From: Actinomycetes bacterium
GTDB taxonomy: Bacteria > Actinomycetota > Thermoleophilia > Solirubrobacterales > 70-9
DNA length: 64,000 nucleotides
NCBI GenBank assembly: GCA_016861045.1
Contig: BOKP01000001.1
Span: forward strand, 187,529 to 251,528
Direction: 5' to 3'
Made by a program: the position numbers and the translations under genes. Numbering within the stretch: the first letter of the stretch is position 1; every line of letters starts with the position of its first letter. This document shows, in pieces, positions 27,972 to 37,243 of the stretch. Below the pieces are notes generated by a model, which searched no databases, was not told where the DNA came from, and worked only from the letters and a program-made list of their open reading frames with translations.

Positions 27972-28514
27972 TCAGCAGGGGTGGCCGGCCGCGTCGAAGC
28001 AGGGCGCGGGGGGAGGTGCCGCCGGCTCCGGAGCCGGCGTCGGCTCGGCGACCGGCGGCGGCGTGGTCACCGGCTCCGGCGTCGTCGGCACCGTCACCTG
28101 CGACCGGTCGGGCCTTCGCCGGGCCGCGGCAGCGGCGGCAGCGGCGGCCTGCCGCTCGGCGATCAGCCGCTGCCTGCGCTCGACGGCCGCCGCGCCGCGA
28201 CGCTCGCCGGCTCGCGCCCCGGCCCGCTCGCCGGCTCGCGCCCCGGCCCGCTCGCCGGCTCGCCGCGCCGCCGCGGCGGCGTCTCGGGCCGCCTCCGCCC
28301 GGGCCTGGTCGAACGAGGCCCGGAACGCCTGCCGCTCGATCGTCTCGGCCTGCGACGCATCGACGCCCTCGAACCTCGCGAGCAGGTAGGCGGCGATGCC
28401 GATCACGGCGGCGAGGCAGCAGACGAGGACGGCGAGGGCGGCGCGGCGGTCGAGCCGCCACGGCAGCCGGCGGCGGATCGGCCCGGTCGCGTCGCTCGCG
28501 GCGGGGAAGCTCAC
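27972..28514 (-). CDS. Hypothetical single-pass membrane protein with an Ala/Arg-rich coiled region and a Pro-rich tail
   Basis: 180-aa ORF with TM helix ALAVLVCCLAAVIGIAAYLLA. It contains a 24-bp tandem repeat (28203-28264) encoding ERAGARAG repeats. The start overlaps the stop of the upstream gene. Confidence 0.5.
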   Translation of the reverse strand: MSFPAASDATGPIRRRLPWRLDRRAALAVLVCCLAAVIGIAAYLLARFEGVDASQAETIERQAFRASFDQARAEAARDAAAAARRAGERAGARAGERAGARAGERRGAAAVERRQRLIAERQAAAAAAAAARRRPDRSQVTVPTTPEPVTTPPPVAEPTPAPEPAAPPPAPCFDAAGHPC

Positions 28515-28918
28515 GGCCCGCTCACCGCCACCGGGCGGGGCAGGGCCAGGTCGGCCCGCTCGAACTCGGCGACGTAGGCGGCCCTGAACGCCTCGTCGTA
28601 GGCGGCATCGTAGGCCCGCCCGCGGGCCGGCCCGAACGCCCTCTTGTAGCCGTCGAGGGCTCCGACCGCGGTGCCGCGCGCCTCGCCCGCGACCGTCCCG
28701 GCCTCGCGAGCGGCGCCGGCGTCGTTCCCCTGCGAGGCCCCGATCGCGTAGCCCGCGATCGCGACCGCGACGAAGGCGACGATCACGGCCAGGGCGAGCG
28801 CCGCCTTCTGAAGGGACCGGCGCCGGACCTGTGCCGCGTAGCTGTCACCCGCCCCGACCACGTTCCCGAGCCAGGTCCGCACGTTCCTCGGCGCCCGATG
28901 CAGGTCCCCTGATGCCAT
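28511..28918 (-). CDS. Hypothetical single-pass membrane protein
   Basis: 135-aa ORF with TM helix AALALAVIVAFVAVAIAGYAI. It is translationally coupled to 27972..28514. Confidence 0.5.
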   Translation of the reverse strand: MASGDLHRAPRNVRTWLGNVVGAGDSYAAQVRRRSLQKAALALAVIVAFVAVAIAGYAIGASQGNDAGAAREAGTVAGEARGTAVGALDGYKRAFGPARGRAYDAAYDEAFRAAYVAEFERADLALPRPVAVSGP

Positions 28919-29128
28919 CTCCCGCCTTCAGGGTAGACGCTGATTCGAGCGAGGGAGCCACGCCGGCGGCCTCCCGGGGCCGATTCAGCCGACCGGCGCG
29001 CGGCCTCCCCGCCCGCTGCCGGGACGCCGCCTCGCCCCGATCGTCGCCCCCGCGCCCGGCCGGCCCCACCGGCGCCCGACCCTGCGATCTCCCGAAGGCG
29101 GCGCGCTGCGGCGATACTTTGCCCGTAC

Positions 29129-29202
<74 letters not shown>

Positions 29203-29341
29203 TTAGGGCTCGGCTGTCGCGGGGCCGGGGACGCGACGTCACGGGTCGATCGCGGATCGTGCGTGGCGCGGCCGGCGGCATCGGCCTCTGCCCCGAGGTG
29301 AGAGGCGTGCGGTTCCCCGGAGCCGGCGGGAGGCCCGGCGA

Positions 29342-30892
29342 TCAGGCCGGGAGCGGCGGCGTCGGTCGGGCGGCGCCGGGCGGTGCAGGCCGCGGCGCGA
29401 CGGCGAAGTCGACTCCGTCGTCGATCGAGCCCCAGCGGAGCATCGCGACGTCGTAGGGGTAGTTCTGGCGCAGGCGCCAGGGTGCGCGGGCGCCCTGCCT
29501 GGGAAGCCGGTCGACCGCGCGTCGAACGTAGCCGGCGTCGAGGTCGATCACGGGCGAGAGCTCGACGCCGGGCCCGGGGGGTCGCGGCGTGCAGTAGGCG
29601 TAGCCGCCGGCGTCCATGTGGTTCAGCAGCCTGCAGACGTACCTGGCGACGAGATCGCACTTGAGCGTCCAGGAGGCGTTCGTGTAGCCGACCGAGAACG
29701 AGAGGTTGGGCACGCCGCAGAGCATCATCGCCTTGTAGGTGACGGCCGCGGCCGGATCGATCGGGCGGCCGTCGACTTCGAGCTCGATCCCGCCGAGGAA
29801 CAGGAGCTGCAGGCCGGTTGCGGTGACGACGATGTCGGCCTCGAGCTCGGCTCCCGACTCAAGCCTGATCCCGGCCTCGGTGAACGACTCGATGCGGTCG
29901 GTGACGACCTCGGCGCGCCCGGAGGAGATCGCCCTGAACAGGTCGCCGTCGGGGTCGAGGCAGAGGCGCTGGTCCCAGGGGTCGTAGCTCGGGTTGAAGT
30001 GGGTGTCGACGTCGTAGCCGGGCGGCAGGTTGTCGCTGACCCCGCGGCGGAGCAGGCGCCTGGTCAGCTTCGGGAACCGGCGGCTGAAGCGGTAGCTCAA
30101 CATCTGCAGCGCGATGTTCTTGGCCCTGGTCAGCGCGTAGGCGAGCCGGGCGGGGAGCCGCCGGCGCAGCGCGACGGCGATCCGGTCCTCGCCCGGGAGC
30201 GCGATCAGGTAGGTCGGCGAGCGCTGCAGCATCGTCACCTTCGCCGCCCGCTCGCTCAGCGCCGGGATCAGCGTCACCGCGGTCGCGCCGCTGCCGATCA
30301 CGACGACCCGCTTGCCCTCGTGGTCGAGGTCCCCGGGCCAGTGCTGGGGGTGGACGACCTCGCCGCCGAAGCGGTCGACCCCCGGGAGCTCGGGCGTGTA
30401 GCCCTCGTCGTAGCGGAAGTAGCCGGTGCAGCCGCTGAGCCAGCGGCAGGTGAAGCGGCGAGCCCCGGCGACGCCGTCGGGCCCGCCGCGCACCGCCTCG
30501 ACGTGCCAGAGCGCGTCCTCGCTCGCCCACGCGGCACGAACGACCCGGTGGTCGAAGCGGATCTCGTCCCTGATGTCGTGCTCGGCCGCCGTCGCCTCGA
30601 GGTAGTCGAGGATCTTCGGCCCCGGCGCGATCGCCTCCTGCTCCTCCCAGGGGCGGAACGAGAACCCGAGCGTGAACATGTCGGAGTCGGAGCGGATCCC
30701 CGGGTAGCGGAAGAGGTCCCAGGTGCCGCCGATCGCATCGCGCGCCTCGAGGATCGCGAAGCTCTTCGAGGGGCAGAGCTCGCGCAGGTGGCAGGCGGCG
30801 CTGATCCCCGAGATCCCGGCGCCGACGATGAGGACGTCGACGTGCTCGACCAGCTCCTCGGTCGTCTCCCCCGCGGCTACGGTCGCCTCCAT
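29342..30892 (-). CDS. Flavin-containing (Baeyer-Villiger-type) monooxygenase
   Basis: Internal ATG at 30892 (MEATVAAG...). FAD site VLIVGAGISGISAA, GGTWDLFRYPGIRSDS (a BVMO/FMO fingerprint-like motif) and a second Rossmann motif VVVIGSGATAV. Confidence 0.85.
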   Translation of the reverse strand: MEATVAAGETTEELVEHVDVLIVGAGISGISAACHLRELCPSKSFAILEARDAIGGTWDLFRYPGIRSDSDMFTLGFSFRPWEEQEAIAPGPKILDYLEATAAEHDIRDEIRFDHRVVRAAWASEDALWHVEAVRGGPDGVAGARRFTCRWLSGCTGYFRYDEGYTPELPGVDRFGGEVVHPQHWPGDLDHEGKRVVVIGSGATAVTLIPALSERAAKVTMLQRSPTYLIALPGEDRIAVALRRRLPARLAYALTRAKNIALQMLSYRFSRRFPKLTRRLLRRGVSDNLPPGYDVDTHFNPSYDPWDQRLCLDPDGDLFRAISSGRAEVVTDRIESFTEAGIRLESGAELEADIVVTATGLQLLFLGGIELEVDGRPIDPAAAVTYKAMMLCGVPNLSFSVGYTNASWTLKCDLVARYVCRLLNHMDAGGYAYCTPRPPGPGVELSPVIDLDAGYVRRAVDRLPRQGARAPWRLRQNYPYDVAMLRWGSIDDGVDFAVAPRPAPPGAARPTPPLPA

Positions 30893-31186
30893 CGCCTCCG
30901 CAGTCTCGCAGGCGCGAGCCGCGGATGCCCGTCCGCCTCCCGGCCGGGCGACGGGCTCCGCCCGCCGCCGCCGACCGCTCGCCACCCGTCCGGTCGGGTT
31001 CGCTCGGTGCGGGTGTGCCCCCGGCGCTGCCGGCCGGCGCCCCCGGCCCCCGGCCGCTCGCCAAGAGGCAGCTCGGGTGCCTGGCCCGAAGCCTCTCGCC
31101 GGGCGCATGTGCCCCGGTCAGCCGGGCCCGGAGCGGTCGCCGCCTCTCACCGTGACGCCGCCGGATGTGCGACGCTAGGCGCGGAG

Positions 31187-32134
31187 ATGAGCGAGGGACC
31201 ACCGACTTCCCGGCCGGCGGAGACCGGCCAGCCCGAGGTCCCGGCCGGCTGGTATCCCCATCCGACCGCCCCCGGCTGGGAGGCCTACTGGACGGGCACG
31301 GGATGGGGGGCCGAGACCCGGCCCGCATCGGGACCGGCGCCGGCCGCGCCCACGGTCGAACAGCAGGCGGCCACGCCGACCGCTGAAGCGCAGGGCGGCG
31401 CGCAGGAGGCCGCGGCGCAGGGCGCCACCGAGCGGCCCGCCGCCGCCCAGCGGCCCGCGCCGGAGGAGCCGGCCGGGGGTCGCGTCGCGCCGGAAGGCGC
31501 CGCCGCGGCGACCGCCGCTCCGGAAGCAGCCGCCGCATCCGCCGCCGCGGAGGCCCCGGCCGCGGCCGCTGCGGAGACCCCGGCACCTGCGGCCGCGACC
31601 CCGGCGCCGGCCGCCGCTCAGACCCCGGCGCCGGCCGCCGCTCAGACCCCCGAAGCCGCCACCGCGACCCCGGCCGCCGCCGCTTCCGGGCGGGGCGGAG
31701 AGGGCTCTTCCAGCGCCCTGTCGATGCTTCTCTGCGTCCTCGGCGCGGTGGTCGCCGCCGTCGGCGCGTTCCTGCCGGCGGCGAAGCTCGACTTCGGCGG
31801 GACCTCGATCGACCTCGTCGACAACACGATGGTCGCCGCCGGCTACGGGATCGCGGTGATCGCGGCGGCGGCCCTCGGCGCCGCGATCGCGATCTGGTCC
31901 TACGTCAAGGGCGCGGCGAGCTGGCTGCCGATCCTGCTCGGCGTCGTGATCCTCGCGATCGCCGTCTACGCGGGCACGGCCGGCCTCGACGTCACGCCCG
32001 ACTTCGGCACGCTCGGCGCCGGCCAGCCCCTGGACACCGATGCCGCCGATCCCTCGACCGGGATCTTCGCGGCCGCGGCCGGGGGCTTGCTGATGATCCT
32101 CGGCGGCCTCGGCCTCGCCCGCTCGGGGCGCTGA
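31187..32134 (+). CDS. DUF2510-like N-terminal domain membrane protein with an Ala/Pro-rich linker
   Basis: ATG at 31187. The GWYPHPTAPGWEAYWTGTGW motif is followed by a low-complexity linker containing a perfect 24-bp x2 repeat (31597-31644) and four C-terminal TM helices. Confidence 0.6.
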   Translation: MSEGPPTSRPAETGQPEVPAGWYPHPTAPGWEAYWTGTGWGAETRPASGPAPAAPTVEQQAATPTAEAQGGAQEAAAQGATERPAAAQRPAPEEPAGGRVAPEGAAAATAAPEAAAASAAAEAPAAAAAETPAPAAATPAPAAAQTPAPAAAQTPEAATATPAAAASGRGGEGSSSALSMLLCVLGAVVAAVGAFLPAAKLDFGGTSIDLVDNTMVAAGYGIAVIAAAALGAAIAIWSYVKGAASWLPILLGVVILAIAVYAGTAGLDVTPDFGTLGAGQPLDTDAADPSTGIFAAAAGGLLMILGGLGLARSGR

Positions 32135-32228
32135 GCCACCCACCCGCCCGGCGCCCCCTCCGCGCCGGGATCGGTAGGGTCGCCTCCTCGCGATGAAGGG
32201 TCGGGACACGAGGACTGGGAGGGAAGCG

Positions 32229-33662
32229 ATGGGCCGCATCCGAGCTGCGACCGCGACGATCCTGCTCGCCGTCACCGCGGCGGCGGGCTTCGCGCCCGCT
32301 CCGGCGGCGGCGGAGACGAACCCGTGGCTCACGCCGCCGGACCAGTTCATCAACCTCGCCCACCAGGGCGGCGAGCTCGAGGCCCCGGGCAACACGATGT
32401 ACGCGTTCAAACGGGCGATGCGCGAGGCCGGCGCCGACGGGATCGAGATGGACGCCTACGTCAGCGCCGACGGGGAGCTCGTCGTCCTTCACGACCGCAC
32501 CCTGAACGGCACCACGAACTCGCAGCAGCCCGGCGCCCCGGCGCCGTTCGGCCCCGGCAGCTCCGACGAGATCTGGGACTACACCGTGGCCGAGCTGAAG
32601 AAGCTCGACGCCGCCTACTGGTTCGCCCCGGGGACCGGCCAGTACGACCATGGCCGCCCCGCCGGGGACTACGTGCTTCGCGGCGTCGCCGACGGCGCCA
32701 AGCCGCCGCCCGCCGGCTACGCGGCCTCCGACTTCCGGATCCCGACGTTCGAGGAGGTGCTCGCCGAGTTCCCCGACACGAGGATCGATATCGAGATCAA
32801 GCACCAGGCCGGGCACGACGCCGAGGGCGCCGCGGCGGCCCGGGAGCTGGCGGCGATCCTCGCCGCCCAGCCCGGCGGCGATGACGAGAACGTGCTCGTC
32901 TCCTCGTTCGGGCAGGGCGAGCTCGAGGCCTTCCACGAGGCCCTCCCCGAACACGACTCGCTGTCGGCGAGCCTCGACGCGACCAGCGGCTACGCGCTCG
33001 ACGGCGAGGAGATCGACCCGCCCGCGCAGGCCCTGCAGCCGCCCGACGTCTACGACCTCGGCGGCACCCTGATCGACGCCCCCGCCTTCCTGAAGGCGAT
33101 CGCCGAGCAGCGCGGCGACTCCTACGCGCTCCACGTCTGGGGCTCCGACGCCGAGCCCGAGGGGCCGAACCTCTACCAGCACATGCTCGACGTCGGCGTC
33201 CAGGGCTTCTTCGCCCAGAAGCCTGAGCTTCTCTCGCAGTTCCTCTGCGAGCGGGCCGTGCCGCGCCCCGACGGGTCGAGCCACTGCGCGCCGAACCCGG
33301 CGATGCCCGGGATCCGCCCGATCCTCGAGGGGGCCGACCCCGAGCCGGGGCGGGTTGAGGTCCGGGCCGGCCGGCGGGTCGTCGTCGAGGTCGGCGTCGC
33401 CAATGCCGGAAACCTCGACATGCACGGAACGCTCGCCTGCGCGACCGCGAAGGGCGGGGCGGCGCGCTGGGTCAAGCCGGGTCGCTGCGGCAAGCGCGGA
33501 CGGGTCGTCCCGGGCGAGCCCGAGGTGGCCCGGATCCCGATCCGCGCCAAGCGCCGCGCCGCCGGCCGCTACGAGGTGACCGTGGAGCTGACGAGCGACG
33601 ATGGCGGCAGCGTCGAGCGGGCGCTGACCGTGCGGGTCCAGGGCAAGCGCAAGCACCGCTGA
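32229..33662 (+). CDS. Secreted glycerophosphodiester phosphodiesterase-family protein with a C-terminal extension
   Basis: ATG at 32229 is preceded by GGGAGGG (an alternative ATG lies at 32193). There is a signal peptide. GDPD motifs are INLAHQGGELEAPGNTMYAF and IEMDAYVSADGELVVLHD. Confidence 0.8.
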   Translation: MGRIRAATATILLAVTAAAGFAPAPAAAETNPWLTPPDQFINLAHQGGELEAPGNTMYAFKRAMREAGADGIEMDAYVSADGELVVLHDRTLNGTTNSQQPGAPAPFGPGSSDEIWDYTVAELKKLDAAYWFAPGTGQYDHGRPAGDYVLRGVADGAKPPPAGYAASDFRIPTFEEVLAEFPDTRIDIEIKHQAGHDAEGAAAARELAAILAAQPGGDDENVLVSSFGQGELEAFHEALPEHDSLSASLDATSGYALDGEEIDPPAQALQPPDVYDLGGTLIDAPAFLKAIAEQRGDSYALHVWGSDAEPEGPNLYQHMLDVGVQGFFAQKPELLSQFLCERAVPRPDGSSHCAPNPAMPGIRPILEGADPEPGRVEVRAGRRVVVEVGVANAGNLDMHGTLACATAKGGAARWVKPGRCGKRGRVVPGEPEVARIPIRAKRRAAGRYEVTVELTSDDGGSVERALTVRVQGKRKHR

Positions 33663-33740
33663 TCCCCCCAGGGTCATCTGGCCCGCCATGTTTGGGGGTC
33701 GGATGACCCAGGTGCCGGTGGGGGCGGCAGGAACGGGAAG

Positions 33741-35432
33741 GTGGGCCGCGAAGGGGGCGGGGTGATCTCTCCGTCCCCCAAGCGGGTCGCGAGCCCGCCT
33801 GCGGGTGCCGGCGACCCCGACCCGGTGACGAGGCTTCCGACCCGCCGCCAGTTCCTCGACCGGCTCGGCGAAGAGATCGCCGCGGCCGGGGATCGCACCG
33901 GGTCGATCGCGGTCCTCCTCGTCGACCTCGACGGGTTCCGGCGCGTCAACCGCGACCACGGCCACGCCGCCGGCGACCGCCTCCTCTTCTCGGCGGGCCG
34001 GCGCCTGCTCAGCGCGGTCGGCGACGGCGACCTCGTCGCTCGCGCGGGCGGCGACGAGCTCGTGGTGATGAGCGTCGTCCGCGGTAGCTCCGAGGTCGCC
34101 GAGCTCGCGCGGGCGGTCATCGCCGCGTTCGACGATCCCTTCGACCTCGGATTCGAGCAGCTCACCGCGACCGCCTCGGTCGGGCTCGTCGTCGCCGGCG
34201 AGGAGGACACGTCGGCGGAGTCGCTCGTCGGCGACGCCGAGGCAGCGCTCGACCGCGACCGCTCCGGGACGAGGCGGTTCGAGGTGTTCGATGCCGAGCT
34301 TCGCGAGCGCATCCGCTACCGGGCCGAGATCGGCCGCGAGCTCGCCGCGGCCCTGGTCGCCGACGGGATCGCGTTCCGCTATCAGCCGATCGTCGACATC
34401 GCCTCGGGCCGGATCGTTGCGGTCGAGGCGCTGGCGCGCTGGCACCACCCCGACCGCGGCGCGATCTCGCCCGAGCTGTTCGTGCCGATCGCCGAGGAGA
34501 GCGGCTGCGGCCGTGAGCTGCTGGAGCGGCTGCTCGCGCATGCCGCCGCCCAGTTCCCGTCGATCGCCGCCGCCGACCCGACCGGATCGCTCGCGCTCGC
34601 GATCAACGTCTCGGCGAGCCAGCTCGCCTCCGAGCCGCTCGTCGGGGCGATCCGCGAGCTCGCGGTGGCGGTCGGGGTCGAGCCCGGTCGGATCATCGTC
34701 GAGATCTCGGAGTCGGCGCTGAGCGGCGCGGCCGACTCGTACCGGGCCCGCTTCGGCGAGCTCCGGGAGCTCGGTGTGCGGGTCTCGCTCGACGACTTCG
34801 GCACCGCCTCGACGTCGATCGCCCAGCTGCGCTCGCTGCCGATCGACCAGATCAAGCTCGACCGCTCGTTCGTTGCCGGCCTCGGCGAGGCGTCGGCCGA
34901 CGCCGCCCTGGCGGCCGGCGTGCTGCCGCTCGCTCGCGCGCTCGGGATCGAGGTCGTCGCCGAGGGGATCGAGACGGAGGCCCAGCTCGCGCACCTGTTC
35001 GCGCTCGGCTACCGGACCGGGCAGGGCTACATGCTGGCCCGGCCCGGCCTCGCCACCGACGTCGCCGGGCTCGTCGCAGCCGGCCCCCTCACGGCGAACC
35101 GGACGACCGAGACGGCGGCCCTCAGCGATGCCCGCGAGTCGTTCCGGCGGGCGCTCGTCGCCGGCGACGCGAAGCTGGCCGAGGCGGTGATCACGGGTGC
35201 GATGGTCGCCGGCATCGACCCGATCACGCTCCAGAGCGAGATCATCGGGCGGGCGCTGCACTGGATCGACGGCGAGTGGGAGGCGGGGCGGATCCGCGCC
35301 GCCGACGAGCACCTCGCGGCGGCGATCTGCGAGCGCCAGCTCGCCGCGGTCATCGACGCACAGCGGGGCGGTGAGCGCCGTTTCGCGCCGGAGCTCGCGC
35401 CCCGGGCGGGCTACCCGTCGCGCTCCGGATAG
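33741..35432 (+). CDS. GGDEF-EAL protein with a C-terminal B12-binding-cap-like helical bundle
   Basis: DPVTRLPTRRQF...LVARAGGDELVV (GGDEF domain), FRYQPIVDIASGRIVAVEALARW plus DDFGT and QIKLDRSF (EAL domain), and a C-terminal FRRALVAGDAKLAE...IDGEWEAGRIRAADEHLAAAI. Confidence 0.85.
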   Translation: MGREGGGVISPSPKRVASPPAGAGDPDPVTRLPTRRQFLDRLGEEIAAAGDRTGSIAVLLVDLDGFRRVNRDHGHAAGDRLLFSAGRRLLSAVGDGDLVARAGGDELVVMSVVRGSSEVAELARAVIAAFDDPFDLGFEQLTATASVGLVVAGEEDTSAESLVGDAEAALDRDRSGTRRFEVFDAELRERIRYRAEIGRELAAALVADGIAFRYQPIVDIASGRIVAVEALARWHHPDRGAISPELFVPIAEESGCGRELLERLLAHAAAQFPSIAAADPTGSLALAINVSASQLASEPLVGAIRELAVAVGVEPGRIIVEISESALSGAADSYRARFGELRELGVRVSLDDFGTASTSIAQLRSLPIDQIKLDRSFVAGLGEASADAALAAGVLPLARALGIEVVAEGIETEAQLAHLFALGYRTGQGYMLARPGLATDVAGLVAAGPLTANRTTETAALSDARESFRRALVAGDAKLAEAVITGAMVAGIDPITLQSEIIGRALHWIDGEWEAGRIRAADEHLAAAICERQLAAVIDAQRGGERRFAPELAPRAGYPSRSG

Positions 35433-35962
35433 ACGTCGTCGATCGTCGCCAGCGGCCGGTAGGGGGCGCCGGAGGCGGCCTCGATCGCCTCGCGGCCGCC
35501 GGCGAGGCGATCGAGGACGGCGACGACGCCGGCGATCTCCAGGCCCTCCTCGCGGCAGCGCTCGATCGCCCGCACGGTCGAGCCGCCGGTCGTGACGACG
35601 TCCTCGACGATCAGCACCCGCGTGCCCGGCTCCAGCAGCGGGCCCTCGATCCAGCGCTGCAGCCCGTGCGCCTTCTTCTCCTTGCGGACGAAGAACGCGA
35701 GCAGCTCGCGGCCCGCCGGGTCGGAGATCGCGGCGCCGGCGATCGGGTCGGCGCCCATGGTCATGCCGCCGACCGCGGCCGCCTCCCGCCGCAGGGCCTC
35801 GGCGGCGACGAGCTCGCCGACGGCGCCGAAGCCGGGCTGGCGCAGGATCGCCCGCTTGGCGTCGACGTAGTAGGACGCCGTCGCCCCGCTCGTCAGCGTC
35901 ACCTCCCCGATCACCAGCGCGTGCTCGCGCAGTTCCCGGATGAGCGTTTCGCGAGCGTTCAC
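35411..35962 (-). CDS. pyrE: Orotate phosphoribosyltransferase
   Basis: 183 aa with the PRPP motif VLIVEDVVTTGGS and FVRKEKKAHG. Confidence 0.9.
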   Translation of the reverse strand: MNARETLIRELREHALVIGEVTLTSGATASYYVDAKRAILRQPGFGAVGELVAAEALRREAAAVGGMTMGADPIAGAAISDPAGRELLAFFVRKEKKAHGLQRWIEGPLLEPGTRVLIVEDVVTTGGSTVRAIERCREEGLEIAGVVAVLDRLAGGREAIEAASGAPYRPLATIDDVYPERDG

Positions 35963-36016
35963 AAGCCGTCGAGATGGCGAGATCGAGGGGACGCTGGCCG
36001 CGGACGCAGGAGGCGA

Positions 36017-36033
36017 CGCGTGCTTAGCACGCG
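36017..36033 (-). terminator. Short hairpin downstream of the L,D-transpeptidase gene
   Basis: CGCGTGC-TTA-GCACGCG: a 7-bp perfect stem with no T tract. Confidence 0.3.
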
Positions 36034-36073
36034 AGCCGACGAGGACAAAGGCCAGCGTTTCCTCGACCCGCCA

Positions 36074-37186
36074 TCACTTGTAGACGTAGATGGGGTCGCC
36101 GATGTCGATCCAGTTGTAGATGTGGACCGAGTCGGGGATCGGGTTGCGCAGGCAGCCATGGCTCGCCGGGTAGGTGGGGACGCTGTGGTAGCCGTGGGTC
36201 GCGTAGCCGCGGATGAAGTAGACCGAGTAGTACATGCCGAGGCTGTTGTAGCCCGCGTCCTTGCGGTAGAAGCGGAACTTGCCGCGGATCGTGGGCGTCG
36301 CCGGCGCCCCCGAGGAGATCGTGTAGATCTCGTCGACCTCGCCGTTGTTGGCGAGGACCATCACCTGGCGCGAGAGGTCGGCCTCGACGTGCTTGCCCGC
36401 CCCCGGATGCTCGAGCTTGAAGCCGCCCTTGCCCTTCGCGAGCTTCTTGAAGATGCTCCCGGTCGCCTTCTCCTTCCGGGCCATGTTGTTGACCTTGCGG
36501 TAGGCGAGGACGGCGCGGCCGGTCGCCGACGAGTACCTGGAGCCGCGGCTGGAGACGAAGCCGAGCTCGTTCAGCAGGTCGTTCAGCGTCGCCGCCGACG
36601 ACCCCCTGTCGCCCTTGTTGAGGCTCGGGTAGCGGAGCCTGAAGTTGCGGCTGCCGTCCTTCGACGAGGCCCAGGCCGCTCCCTTGCGGAGGATCGCCCG
36701 AACCCGGTACATCCCCGGCGCGACCATCTTCCGCGACCAGTGGAACCGCCCGAGCTCCGAGCCCGCGCCCTTGGCGCGGACGTGGACGTTCTCGCGCTTG
36801 ACGGTCCGCTTGCCGCGGCTGAGGATGATCGTCACCTCCTGGCCGGCGCGGAAGCGCCGGACCGTGCCGGCGACCTTGACCCGCTCACCGGCGGTGACCC
36901 GGCCCCTGCGGACGCCCTTGAGCCGGACCTTCGTCGTCGTCGGCTGAAGTTCGGGCCCCGCGTCCCGCGCCCGCTCGCCGCGGGCCGCCTCGCCGGCGCC
37001 GGCGGGGGGCTCCCCGGCCTGCCCGAGACCCGCGCTCGCCGGGTCGGCGGCCTCGGGAGCCGCGATCGCGGTGACGTCGGTGCCGGCGGCCGGCGCGGCC
37101 CCGGCAACGACAGCGGGCGCGAGGACGGCGAGGGCGGTCGGGACGAGGACGAAACGGGCTCGCAGGCTCATTTGCAGGCGAATCAT
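36074..37186 (-). CDS. L,D-transpeptidase (YkuD domain) with a peptidoglycan-binding-like domain
   Basis: There is a signal peptide. The catalytic region is YATHGYHSVPTYPASHGCLRNP (the HxxxxxxSHGC motif). An upstream PG-binding-like repeat is VLAYRKVNNM. Confidence 0.85.
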   Translation of the reverse strand: MIRLQMSLRARFVLVPTALAVLAPAVVAGAAPAAGTDVTAIAAPEAADPASAGLGQAGEPPAGAGEAARGERARDAGPELQPTTTKVRLKGVRRGRVTAGERVKVAGTVRRFRAGQEVTIILSRGKRTVKRENVHVRAKGAGSELGRFHWSRKMVAPGMYRVRAILRKGAAWASSKDGSRNFRLRYPSLNKGDRGSSAATLNDLLNELGFVSSRGSRYSSATGRAVLAYRKVNNMARKEKATGSIFKKLAKGKGGFKLEHPGAGKHVEADLSRQVMVLANNGEVDEIYTISSGAPATPTIRGKFRFYRKDAGYNSLGMYYSVYFIRGYATHGYHSVPTYPASHGCLRNPIPDSVHIYNWIDIGDPIYVYK

Positions 37187-37243
37187 ACGGCCCGGCCGGG
37201 CGCCGCCCGCAACCCCGCGTGCAGGCGGCCTCGCGGCGACGGG

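Noticed and set aside
33669-33712. Inverted repeat GGGTCATC...GATGACCC downstream of the GDPD gene as a terminator or riboswitch
   Set aside because: The stem is 8 bp with a ~23-nt loop and mismatched extensions, and there is no T tract. The evidence is too weak to call.
31992-35312. 1106-aa minus-strand ORF; likewise 35666..38401 (+), 13857..17042 (+), 10666..12915 (-), 45205..47460 (-), 47360..49216 (-), 58469..60442 (-)
   Set aside because: All are antisense to genes with unambiguous family motifs (GDPD, GGDEF-EAL, pyrE, ldt, CPBP, helicase, hemC/cobA, htrA, otsA, accA). They are GC-driven open frames.
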